Shown here in pieces: positions 54,965 through 63,922 of a stretch of DNA of 64,000 nucleotides. Under the pieces are notes generated by a model. It was not told the origin of the DNA, did not search any database, and saw nothing but the letters and a program-made list of their open reading frames with translations. Source of the DNA: Tagaea sp. (lineage in GTDB: Bacteria; Pseudomonadota; Alphaproteobacteria; CACIAM-22H2); assembly GCA_044224405.1 (NCBI GenBank), contig JBGAKN010000005.1, positions 15,725-79,724 on the forward strand. Reading direction: 5' to 3'. A program made the translations under genes and the position numbers. How positions within the stretch are numbered: position 1 is the first letter of the stretch; each line of letters opens with the position of its first letter.

Positions 54965-56821
54965 CTAGCTCCCACCTGAAGTGCCGCAGTCCGGCGCCGA
55001 CAGACGCAGCGCCCGCACCATACCCGCAAAACCAATCGGCGCGCCGGCAAGTCCGAAATCGCCGGCTGGCGCCCTTCGCTCAAGTTCGACCGATTCGGCG
55101 CGTTCGGCAAATCCCGCCGGTCGCGCGATGCCAAATCCGATCACCGCGACGGAGCGGCCGGCCTCGCCGGCGACATCAATCCGCCAGTCCTGCGGCGCTT
55201 GCGCGTTGCCCACGCCGACACAGATCGGCGCCGCGCATGTCGCCGCGACACGGCGCGCCATCGCCTCGGCTGATGGCCGGTCGGCCTTCTCGATCACGCG
55301 GCCGCCGGTATCGACCGCGGTCCGCGCGATGCAGCGACCGCCAGTGCGCGCGAAATATCCCCCGTCGATCACGCCGGCGCGCCAGAACAAGATATTGCGC
55401 AACGGAACCGCTGCCGGATCGACGATCGCGGCGACCACCGCTTCGACCTCGGGTGCCGCACCCCCGATTGCCGCGCGCACCACGCCGCCCGCCCCCATGA
55501 TACCGGCATCCGGATAGCGGAAGCCGACCACGTCGGTCCCTTCGCGTACCGTCAGAAGCTCACCCGGACCCGGCACCGGAACGCGCCAGACATAGATCCA
55601 GGCGCCGGCAGCCGAGCCGGCGATCCACAGCACGCCGGCCAGACAGGCGATCGCGCGCCGGCCCCGGGCGGCCAACCTGGAGAGTCCGGACGCGAGTAGC
55701 GCGACGCCCGGCGCCAGCAGATAGATCGGATAGCCGATCATCGGCATCGCCTGGCTGCCCGTCGAGGGCCCGGAGAAGAAAAGGAAGATCGCGCCGAATC
55801 CGGCCAGCGCCGAACCGGCCCAGACGACCAGAAGCATTTGGGCACGCAGGTCTGCGCGGAGCGACGACATGCGCAGCGCACCCGCCAGAGCAGCCGGAAC
55901 GGCCGCGAGCACGCCGAGGCCAAAAAGCAGCAAGAGAATCCGCGCGCGATCGACCCACATCCATCCCAGCGCCCCGACCGACGGCGCCTGACCCGGCAAG
56001 CCGACGATGTATTGCGCAAAAGGATATGCGAACAGGACGACGTCGGATGGATGCGTCACGCCGCGCGCGAAGACATAGATATTGATCGCGACGATCCATG
56101 CGCAGCACGCCGCCGGCAGCAGCATCCAGCGCGAGCCGAACATCCGCCGCAGGTCGCCCGGCGCATCGCGGCTGGCGACTGCAATCCCGGCGAGGAGCGC
56201 CGCGATTCCAAATGGCGCCAGCACATCCGACACCAGCAGGTTCCCAAGTGCCGCAGCGAGCAGTGCCGGACCATTGCGCCGTCCTTCGAGCGCGCGCTGG
56301 GCAGCCCAGAGCGCGAAAGCCTGGCCGAAGACGACAGCCACCAGCCACGAAGCACCAAACCCGCGCGACAGTGCGAGCCAAACCGGTGAAGCGCACAGCG
56401 CGAGCCCGCCGAGAACCGACAGGCCTGCCGGAAGGCCGGCGCCGCGCAGCGTGGCCGTGAACGCGAGGGCACCCAGGACATAGAAAAGACCGGCGGACGC
56501 CAGATACGGTCCGACACCGGTGGTGCCGAGTACGCTTTCGGCCAGATCCAGGAAGATCGCCTGCAGCAGTGGCGGTAGTGGGCCGTGAAAATAGAAGGAG
56601 AGATTCGCGAACCAGAACGCCGCCTGCAGGGTTGCCTGCGCAGGGTCGGCAAGGTCCCAGCGCCACGGCGCCAATTCGCGCAGTGCCTCGACCTGGCGCA
56701 GCATGTAGACGTCGTTTTCGGAGGCAAAATGACGGTTGGGGTCGATAGCGAGCGCCAGAACGGCGACCGTCGCGACGACGAAATAGATCCAGATATCCGA
56801 TCGCGGATGCACGACTGGCAT
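54965..56821 (-). CDS. polytopic inner-membrane protein (possible polymerase / ArnT-PMT-like transferase) with a C-terminal soluble domain
   Basis: At least 10 predicted TM helices precede a roughly 200-aa Gly/Ala-rich tail. The start is uncertain, with alternatives at 56842 and 56881. Confidence 0.35.
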   Translation of the reverse strand: MPVVHPRSDIWIYFVVATVAVLALAIDPNRHFASENDVYMLRQVEALRELAPWRWDLADPAQATLQAAFWFANLSFYFHGPLPPLLQAIFLDLAESVLGTTGVGPYLASAGLFYVLGALAFTATLRGAGLPAGLSVLGGLALCASPVWLALSRGFGASWLVAVVFGQAFALWAAQRALEGRRNGPALLAAALGNLLVSDVLAPFGIAALLAGIAVASRDAPGDLRRMFGSRWMLLPAACCAWIVAINIYVFARGVTHPSDVVLFAYPFAQYIVGLPGQAPSVGALGWMWVDRARILLLLFGLGVLAAVPAALAGALRMSSLRADLRAQMLLVVWAGSALAGFGAIFLFFSGPSTGSQAMPMIGYPIYLLAPGVALLASGLSRLAARGRRAIACLAGVLWIAGSAAGAWIYVWRVPVPGPGELLTVREGTDVVGFRYPDAGIMGAGGVVRAAIGGAAPEVEAVVAAIVDPAAVPLRNILFWRAGVIDGGYFARTGGRCIARTAVDTGGRVIEKADRPSAEAMARRVAATCAAPICVGVGNAQAPQDWRIDVAGEAGRSVAVIGFGIARPAGFAERAESVELERRAPAGDFGLAGAPIGFAGMVRALRLSAPDCGTSGGS

Positions 56822-56822
56822 T

Positions 56823-57938
56823 CTAACGCGCGGCAATGCCATGCGGCGATGGAAGCGCCGCGAGCCATCCTGCAACCGCACGGCCGGCGGTCAGATGCCC
56901 GAACCTCGACAGATGGCCGTTGCCTTCGAGCAGACCCTTCTTCGCGTCCCATTGCAGCAGATACAGCGCCTGTCCGGCATCGGGGATCGCTGCAAAGACC
57001 GGTTCGAGATCCAGGAACGGAAATCCGAACTCGGCACTGAGACGTCGCGCGACGGGCGCCGTCGTGGGACGTACGTCTGCGACGATGGAGTCGTAGCTCG
57101 GTATCGAAACGACGGCGACGGGAATGCCGGCGGCGACGGCGGTCTGCGCGAAGGCGCGGAAGTCGCCTTCGTACGCGGCGACGTAGCGCGCGGTTTCGGC
57201 CCCGGAATCCGGGTGAACCAACGCCGCATCGCCTTCACCCCGCCGCAGGTTGATGCCCGACGCTTGCAGCAGTGCTGCCCGCTTGATCGCGGAGGCGATG
57301 TTGTAAAGCGCTGAATTCTGCCAGAGCGCAATGCGCAGGCGCGCGATCCATTCGCTCGGCCCGCCGCCGGCCACGGCGCCGGAAATCCGGGTCGCGTTGC
57401 CGGTCAGCACGCGGCGATAGTCGAAGACATCGTTTTCAAAGACGCCAAGCACGATCAGGTCCGGCTTGAACGGCACCCCCTTGTCGCGCAGCCAGGCAAG
57501 CTCGTCGTAGATCGTGTAGCCGGATACGCCGGCGTTGAAGACTTGAACCAGCTTGGCGTCCGGGCGGCGGCGCAACTCGGACTGGGTCCATGCCGACCAC
57601 GTGTCTTCGCTGGCGACATAGGGACCGAATGTCTGCGAATCGCCGATGACGACAATCTTGCGCGCGCCGTCGATCGGCTCTTCGGCCGTCCGGAATCCCT
57701 GGCTGTTGGTTTCGACGTGATAGGGGCGGCGCCACCAGATGACCCAGTGACCATCCTGGCGCGCGACGAGATCGCTAGGCCCGTCGAAATTGAAACCGTA
57801 GCGCTCGGTTCCGAGCGTATCGCCGGCGTTGTCGGTCGCCGCGGGTGCGCGCCACATCCAAATTCGTGCCGCAGTCTCGGCAAGCAGGATCGTCGCCATG
57901 ACGATGACAGAATAGACGATCAGATCGCGTCGACGCAC
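56823..57938 (-). CDS. membrane-anchored SGNH/GDSL hydrolase (AlgX/AlgJ/PatB-like candidate O-acetyl esterase/transferase)
   Basis: N-terminal TM helix, GDS motif IVVIGDSQTFG and a C-terminal GxxH. The GTG start is preceded by GGAGG. Confidence 0.5.
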   Translation of the reverse strand: MRRRDLIVYSVIVMATILLAETAARIWMWRAPAATDNAGDTLGTERYGFNFDGPSDLVARQDGHWVIWWRRPYHVETNSQGFRTAEEPIDGARKIVVIGDSQTFGPYVASEDTWSAWTQSELRRRPDAKLVQVFNAGVSGYTIYDELAWLRDKGVPFKPDLIVLGVFENDVFDYRRVLTGNATRISGAVAGGGPSEWIARLRIALWQNSALYNIASAIKRAALLQASGINLRRGEGDAALVHPDSGAETARYVAAYEGDFRAFAQTAVAAGIPVAVVSIPSYDSIVADVRPTTAPVARRLSAEFGFPFLDLEPVFAAIPDAGQALYLLQWDAKKGLLEGNGHLSRFGHLTAGRAVAGWLAALPSPHGIAAR

Positions 57939-57957
57939 GCCATGCCTCCAGATTGAC

Positions 57958-57990
57958 AGTCATTGTAATGACTAAGGCCGAACTTGCCAA
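57958..57990 (-). promoter_or_regulatory. sigma70-like promoter (TTGGCA-17-TACAAT) overlapped by a 16-bp palindrome AGTCATTGTAATGACT
   Basis: On the minus strand the -35 maps to 57990-57985 and the -10 to 57967-57962, with GGAGG and the GTG start about 20 nt downstream. The palindrome at 57958-57973 covers the -10. Confidence 0.4.
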
Positions 57991-58017
57991 ATGCACATCG
58001 GCGCTTTTGCCGACCGC

Positions 58018-59175
58018 TCATGCGCCGGCACTGGCAAGCGAACGATACAGGCGCGCATATGCCGCCGCACAGATCTGCGCGTTGAACTCCGCCGTCGCGC
58101 GTGCGCGGCCGGCAGCACCCATCGCGCCACGCAGCACCAGATCTGCGCCGACGGCGGCAAGCGCGGACAACAGCGAGACCGGGTCGTGCGGGGCCACGAG
58201 CAGACCCGTCGTCCCGTCGTCGACCGCATCCGGAATGCCGCCCGTGCGCGTCGCGACGACGGGCAGGCCGGCCGCCATCGCCTCGATGACGGCGTTCGGG
58301 AATCCTTCCTCGTGGCTTGCCAGCACGCCGATATCGGCTGCAGCCAGAATATCCGGCACGTCGCCGCGCGGTCCCAGCCAGCGCACGCGCCCGGCGATGC
58401 CGGCCGCTTCGGCCTGCGCCTGCAACGCGGGGCCGATGCCGTCATCGCGGCCCGCACACCACAGTTCCCATGCCGGCAGGCCACGCGCGGCGGCGAGTGC
58501 GGCGAGCAGGTCGGCGTGTCCCTTGTAGGCGATCAGATTGGCGACGCAGACGAAGACCAGCGTATCGGGCGCGGTGCCGATCGCGGCACGTACCGCCGCG
58601 CGTGGCGCCGGAGCGGCAAACCTCGAAAGATCTATTCCGTTGCGGATCAGATGCAGGCGATCGCGCGGTGCGCCTTCCGCAACGAGATCGTCGAGAACGG
58701 CCTGGCTGTTTCCGAGCAGTGCGTGCATGCGTCCATGCAAGGCCCGTTCGACGCGCGCCAGTAACGGCCACTTCGCCTGATAGTCGTTGAGCGAGCGCCG
58801 GCTCATCACGCGCCGGGCACCGCTCGTCAGCAGCGCCACCGGCGCGCCCGCCAGATAGGCCTCGGGCAGGAAGAAGTGGACGATGGCCGGCCGCCAGCGT
58901 CGCAAGAACGCGGCGAGAGAAAGGCCGGCACGCATAGCGCGCAGCGCCCGGCCGGCGAAGCCGCCGGCACGCGAACCCGCTTCGCTGCCGGGCGGCGCGA
59001 TCACGCGGATGCCCGCCGCCTCGAACCTGTCGGCGAGCGCGCCGCGCCCCGTAAGCGTGTGGACCGCAATCTCGAAGCCCGATGCGGCGATCGCGGGCAA
59101 CACCTGCAGCAGATGCATCTCCGCCCCACCGACATCGAGGCTGCCGATCACGATCAGCACGCGCGGGCGGTTCAT
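58018..59175 (-). CDS. glycosyltransferase family 4
   Basis: Start MNRPRVLIVIGSLDVGGAE and a C-terminal EGFPNAVIEAMAAGLPVVAT...GTTGLL. Confidence 0.7.
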   Translation of the reverse strand: MNRPRVLIVIGSLDVGGAEMHLLQVLPAIAASGFEIAVHTLTGRGALADRFEAAGIRVIAPPGSEAGSRAGGFAGRALRAMRAGLSLAAFLRRWRPAIVHFFLPEAYLAGAPVALLTSGARRVMSRRSLNDYQAKWPLLARVERALHGRMHALLGNSQAVLDDLVAEGAPRDRLHLIRNGIDLSRFAAPAPRAAVRAAIGTAPDTLVFVCVANLIAYKGHADLLAALAAARGLPAWELWCAGRDDGIGPALQAQAEAAGIAGRVRWLGPRGDVPDILAAADIGVLASHEEGFPNAVIEAMAAGLPVVATRTGGIPDAVDDGTTGLLVAPHDPVSLLSALAAVGADLVLRGAMGAAGRARATAEFNAQICAAAYARLYRSLASAGA

Positions 59176-60206
59176 GCCGTCCCCCGCATCCGAAGCGCGA
59201 GTAGGGCCGGCCCGAGCACGGGCACCTTGCGCGCGAAACGGCGCCACGGATGAAGCGCATGCTCGCGACGTGCTTCGATCACGCGGCGCGCCAGATCGCC
59301 CGCGGCAAATTCCGGCGTCGGGCCGAAGCGGCGCCAGAAGGCACGATCGGCCCATGCGTCGTACCCTACGATGGCTTTCGCATTGAAATCGACAATGGCC
59401 TGACGCTGCCCGTCGGCCGCCATCAAGGCCGCCGCGCGCGAGAAGCTGGAATTGCACAGCGCCAGCATGTCCGCTTCGCGCATCGCGACGAGATCGTCGA
59501 GCACCGCGCCAAGGCCGGTATCAGGTGCCGCCAACGGCGCATAGTCCGCGAATTCGGCGGTGATCGACGCACGATCGTCGGTCGCGAGATAGAGGCGCGG
59601 GTTCGGCAGCGCCGGCCAGATACGCGCAAGCCAGTCGCGGTACCACGCGACAGGCGCAATTCGGAAATGCGGATTTGCCACCGGGTCGAAGGAAGCGAAA
59701 TCACCGCGACGCACATGGATGGCGACCAGCGTCGTGCCGGAAGGCGCATGCGCCGCCCGCCATGCCGCGACTTTCGCTTCGACATCCGGGCGCAGGCGCA
59801 GCAGCCGGCGCGCGTGACCGCGGTGGCGTGTCCAGCTTTCCGGGATTTCCTGGAAATAGCCGTCGAAATCCATATCGACCGGCGGATCGTCGGCGTTCCA
59901 CAGGGCGAGTGCCGCACGATCCTCGAACGGGCCGAAGCGCATGACGGGGAGGTCACCCTTGCGCAGCTTCGCGGCCGGCGGCGGCACTTCGAGGGCTTTG
60001 CCTTCCGGCCATTCCGGCATCGCGACGGACAGGCCGTTGCGCAGCGCATAGAAATTAAGAAACAGGTACTGAATGAGCCGATTGCCCAGCCGCCCGTTCT
60101 GGCCGAAATTCGACATCGCGACGATGCCGCGCACGGCGTTGCCGGTCGGCAGCAATCCAGCGTCGAAATCCCGGCGACGCGCGGCGATGGCAGCGATGTC
60201 GGTCAT
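59172..60206 (-). CDS. hypothetical glycosyltransferase, GT11 (alpha-1,2-fucosyltransferase)-like
   Basis: An N-terminal GNRLIQY and an HVRRGDF motif resemble GT11/GT23-type signatures. The real start may be MSNFGQ at 60116. Confidence 0.35.
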   Translation of the reverse strand: MTDIAAIAARRRDFDAGLLPTGNAVRGIVAMSNFGQNGRLGNRLIQYLFLNFYALRNGLSVAMPEWPEGKALEVPPPAAKLRKGDLPVMRFGPFEDRAALALWNADDPPVDMDFDGYFQEIPESWTRHRGHARRLLRLRPDVEAKVAAWRAAHAPSGTTLVAIHVRRGDFASFDPVANPHFRIAPVAWYRDWLARIWPALPNPRLYLATDDRASITAEFADYAPLAAPDTGLGAVLDDLVAMREADMLALCNSSFSRAAALMAADGQRQAIVDFNAKAIVGYDAWADRAFWRRFGPTPEFAAGDLARRVIEARREHALHPWRRFARKVPVLGPALLALRMRGTA

Positions 60207-60247
60207 CGGCTAGTCTAGTCGCACGAACGAAACGGAGCCCGCAACCC

Positions 60248-60931
60248 TTGTCGCTGCTTTCGCGTCTCTTCGGCCGCAAGGCCAAGCCCGCCGGACCCCC
60301 GCCGCTGCTCGATCTCGCCGACCTCGCCCGGACTCACGGGCTGGCGATCGAGGGGGTCGTGCATGTCGGCGCCAATCACGGCGGCGAGGTTGCGACTTAC
60401 AAGGCGCTGGGTGCCCGGCGCATCGTGCTGGTCGAGGCGAACCCCGAACTTGCCCGCGCACTCGAAAAGACGTTCGCGGGCGATCCCGCGATCACCATCG
60501 CATCCGTCGCGGCCGGCGAAGCGGACGGCGAGGCGGATTTCCACCTGACCTCGTTCGACCAGTCGAGCTCGCTGCTGAAGCTCAAGCGTCACGCCAACAT
60601 CTATCCCGAGATCGTCGCGTCCGGCACGATCCGCGTGCCCGTGCGCCGGCTCGACGGCGTGCTTGCCAGGCGCGGGCTCGATGGCGCGCGCTTCGACCTG
60701 CTGTCGCTCGATATTCAGGGCGCCGAGCTGATGGCGCTGCGCGGATGCCCCGATTTGCTCGCGCGCGTTTCGGCCGTGAGCTGCGAACTCTGCTTCGAGG
60801 AACTCTACGAGGGTTGCGCGCTCGCATCCGACATCGACGCGCATCTCGCGAAATCCGGTTTCGTGCGCGTCGCCACGACGACTCCCTACCATTCGAGCTG
60901 GGGCGACGGTTTTTACGTGCGAAAGGGCTGA
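60248..60931 (+). CDS. FkbM-family methyltransferase
   Basis: Motifs VVHVGANHGGE and RFDLLSLDIQGAEL are present. Confidence 0.6.
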   Translation: MSLLSRLFGRKAKPAGPPPLLDLADLARTHGLAIEGVVHVGANHGGEVATYKALGARRIVLVEANPELARALEKTFAGDPAITIASVAAGEADGEADFHLTSFDQSSSLLKLKRHANIYPEIVASGTIRVPVRRLDGVLARRGLDGARFDLLSLDIQGAELMALRGCPDLLARVSAVSCELCFEELYEGCALASDIDAHLAKSGFVRVATTTPYHSSWGDGFYVRKG

Positions 60932-60940
60932 CGGACGACG

Positions 60941-61630
60941 ATGGGCGCGATTGATTTCGGTATTCCCAAGCAACTGGCGCTGCTGCTGCGCGACAAGCTG
61001 GCGCTGAAGCTGTTCGTCGAGACGGGCACGTTCCGCGGCGATACCGCCCAGTGGGCGGCCGGTCAGTTCGCCAAGGTATGGACCGTGGAGGCCAACGCCG
61101 ATCTGTTCACATCCACGCGCGAGCGCCTCAAAGGCACGACCAACATCGTGTGCGTGCAGGGCGACAGCCGGGCGGGCCTGCGCGAGATCGTCCCGCAGCT
61201 CGACGCCCCTGCCCTGTTCTGGCTAGACGCGCATTGGTGCGGCGCCGACCAGACCGATACGGCAGGTGCGGAAGACCAATGCCCGCTGATCGACGAGATC
61301 GCCATCATCAACGCCAGCCCGCACGAGCATGTCGTGCTGGTCGACGACGCGCGCTATTTCCTCGCCCCGCCGCCGTCGCCCAACCGGCTCGAAATGTGGC
61401 CCGATACCGAGGCGACGGTCGCCGCATTGAAAGCCGGCCGCAGCGACCGCTACGTCGCCGTCATCGACGACGTGTTCATCCGAGTGCCGATGGCAATGCG
61501 CGGCGAGGTGCAGGGCCATGTCGACCGGCTGACCGCGCATCGCGAAGCCCGTGCGCGCAAGCGCGACGCGCGCCCGTTGCGCCGCTTCAAACGCTTCCTA
61601 AAAGCCCTAGTGCTGTATCTTAAGATCTGA
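60941..61630 (+). CDS. hypothetical protein, class-I-MTase-like (TylF/CmcI-like fold)
   Basis: Motifs FVETGTFRGDTAQWAA and FWLDAHW are present. This is a weak call. Confidence 0.3.
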   Translation: MGAIDFGIPKQLALLLRDKLALKLFVETGTFRGDTAQWAAGQFAKVWTVEANADLFTSTRERLKGTTNIVCVQGDSRAGLREIVPQLDAPALFWLDAHWCGADQTDTAGAEDQCPLIDEIAIINASPHEHVVLVDDARYFLAPPPSPNRLEMWPDTEATVAALKAGRSDRYVAVIDDVFIRVPMAMRGEVQGHVDRLTAHREARARKRDARPLRRFKRFLKALVLYLKI

Positions 61631-61675
61631 AGTCTGGTACTGGGAGTGGGCAGCTACGTCTTTCGACCATCGGTT

Positions 61676-61972
61676 CTATTTATTTTTCAACCTATAATAC
61701 TCAAGCGGTAACGCCATAAGGAACAGCTTGGAAAGCGATGGCACGAAAAACATTACAATCGCGGTTTTGATCAGGAAATTATTCGAATCAACCGATTCCT
61801 CGACACTCAAGCCGCGCAGCAGTACGTCGACGTATATCAAGGTCATCGACAGCAGTGACGGAAAATACCAGAAACAGACCTCGGCAAGATAAAAGCGCCG
61901 TTCGGCCTTGGACAAAAGAATATCTGTTTCGATCTCATGCAGGTCGTGGATTTTATTGCTCTCTTTTGACAT
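61676..61972 (-). CDS. hypothetical small hydrophobic protein inside a low-GC island
   Basis: 98 aa with two hydrophobic segments. Its AT-rich codon usage is unlike the rest of the window, and it may not be expressed. Confidence 0.2.
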   Translation of the reverse strand: MSKESNKIHDLHEIETDILLSKAERRFYLAEVCFWYFPSLLSMTLIYVDVLLRGLSVEESVDSNNFLIKTAIVMFFVPSLSKLFLMALPLEYYRLKNK

Positions 61973-62041
61973 GGGCTTTCTCGAACAACTAATCTACGCA
62001 AGCGACATCATGCCAGAAGTCAAATATTTCCGCATGAGGAA

Positions 62042-63012
62042 TCAGATGTCGCGCCTACGGGTATTCGCAAGCCGAATTTTTTGCTTCAGTTTGGCGCCTT
62101 TCACCCCGCCACCAGCGCGATAGATCGCAAGCGTCGCTTCGATCAATTCCTCGTGCCGCCACAGGATCCCCGCCTTCGCCTGCAGATAGGCGAAGTGCGC
62201 GAGGCTCAGCGGGCCGACGCCGAACAGTTTGCGCCCACGCTTCCACGCGCGGTCAGCACAGCGGCGGAACGCAGCAAGACGCGGCGCGGTCCCGAGATCG
62301 GGATGGTCGCGCAGGAAGTTGAGCGCTGTCAGCGTTTCGTCGTGCAGGATCTGCGCGTCGTTCTTCATCAGTCGGCCGGGCTCGTCGGCTGGCCCGAGGC
62401 AGACGACCGCGTCGAACACGCCGATGCGTGCGCCCGGAACGGCCGCCACGCGCGGACAGATGCCCTGATCCTGGATGAATACCCGCTCGTCGCAGCCGCC
62501 AGCCGCGAGAAACAGCTCGCGTCGCACGAGTAGGTTCGAAGCACCCGACTGGCAGGTCGTCAATGCATCGCACACCGGATCGTCGAACACACGCGTGTGC
62601 GGGTCGGCGGGCAATGGCAAAAAATGCGGGCCTTCCGGCCCGTACCAGCCCATCCCGCCATAGACGAGGCCGAGCCCGTGGCGCTCGGCCTCGCCAAGCA
62701 GCAGGCGCACGGCACCGGGGGCGAGAAGGTCGTCGGCATCGACGAGCTTCAGCCACGTGCCCGTCGCCATGCGTGCGCCGGCGTTGGTGGCGGGCCCCGG
62801 CCCGGCATTCTCCTGGATCAGTATCCGCACGTTCGACGCATTGCGTGCGGCGATGTGCTTGCGCAGCAGTTCGGCCGAATTGTCGGTCGAACCGTCGTCG
62901 ACGAAGACGATCTCGGTCGCGCCGAGCCCCTCCTGCGCAAGGATGGCGTCGAGACACGCGGCCAGATAGGGCGCCTTGTTGTAGACCGTGACGACGAACG
63001 AGACGTCCGTCA
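62042..63012 (-). CDS. glycosyltransferase family 2
   Basis: Start MTDVSFVVTVYNKAPYL ... IVFVDDGSTDNS ... VDADD. Confidence 0.7.
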
Positions 63013-63816
63013 TCCGCCGACCTGCGCCACCGCCGGCGCGATGTCGGCGCGAACGAAAGTGAGCTGGCCCGCATGCCGCGCGGCGATGCGCCCAGCCCAC
63101 AGCGCATGCGTCGGCTCGAACATCGCCTGGATCGCACGCCGGTCGGGTTCGGAGTGGAACTCCAGATGCACGATCCGGATCGCAGGAAGGAATGGCGCAA
63201 GCGAGGAGAGGATCGGCAGTTCCGCGCCTTCCGTGTCGATCTTCAGGAGATCGATGGACGCAACGCCGGCCGCTGCCAGTGCGGGCCCGGCGGCGCGGAT
63301 CACGACCTCGCTGGCGACGGCATCGGTCATGTGGTGCCGGTACAGCGAGGCCGTCACGCTCGAATCGCGACCCATATAGAGCGGCAGGCGCGCGTCGCCG
63401 GCACCGAGTCCGAAGGCGAAAAGCTCGGCGCCCGCCACCGCGGCATTGCGCGACAGGAACGAGAGGGCCGCCGGGTTCGGCTCGAAACACAGGATGCGCG
63501 CCGAAGGATAGGCCAACCGCAGCCGCGCCGCCGCGATGCCGACGTTGGCGCCGATGTCGACGATGGTGGAGATGCCGCCGATGCCGGGGATCGTCGGGTA
63601 GCAATCTTCGCCGAGCACCTCGTGCGCGACATAGGCGATGCCCGGATCGTTCGGCACGTCGAGCGCCAGCGTCCGCCCGTCGCCGCCGTGCACGACGATC
63701 CGGCGCGCGGTCCCGGCCGACGCGCCGAACAGGCGCGCAAGCTTGCGGTCGAGCCGTTCGCCGAGGCTGCGTCTGCGGCGCGCGCCGTCGAGCCAGAATT
63801 CGTCGTTTGAGACCAT
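63010..63816 (-). CDS. FkbM-family methyltransferase
   Basis: Motifs IVDIGANVGI and LLKIDTEGAEL are present. Start taken at MVSNDEF. Confidence 0.55.
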   Translation of the reverse strand: MVSNDEFWLDGARRRRSLGERLDRKLARLFGASAGTARRIVVHGGDGRTLALDVPNDPGIAYVAHEVLGEDCYPTIPGIGGISTIVDIGANVGIAAARLRLAYPSARILCFEPNPAALSFLSRNAAVAGAELFAFGLGAGDARLPLYMGRDSSVTASLYRHHMTDAVASEVVIRAAGPALAAAGVASIDLLKIDTEGAELPILSSLAPFLPAIRIVHLEFHSEPDRRAIQAMFEPTHALWAGRIAARHAGQLTFVRADIAPAVAQVGG

Positions 63817-63922
63817 TGAAGCCCCTCGATAGCGGGGCGGGGCGCAAAGGGCAAGGACGACGCTGGGCTGCGCTATTGTATCGTCGCCTGCCGCCCGATT
63901 CGCTATCCTGCCGCCGCTCACA

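Noticed and set aside
56572-56583. ops/JUMPstart-like sequence GGCGGTAGTGGG (10 of 12 matches to GGCGGTAGCGTG)
   Set aside because: It lies inside the coding region of the 54965-56821 membrane-protein gene and on the strand opposite to transcription, so it cannot serve as a non-template-strand ops element in a 5' leader. It is probably a chance match in GC-rich DNA.
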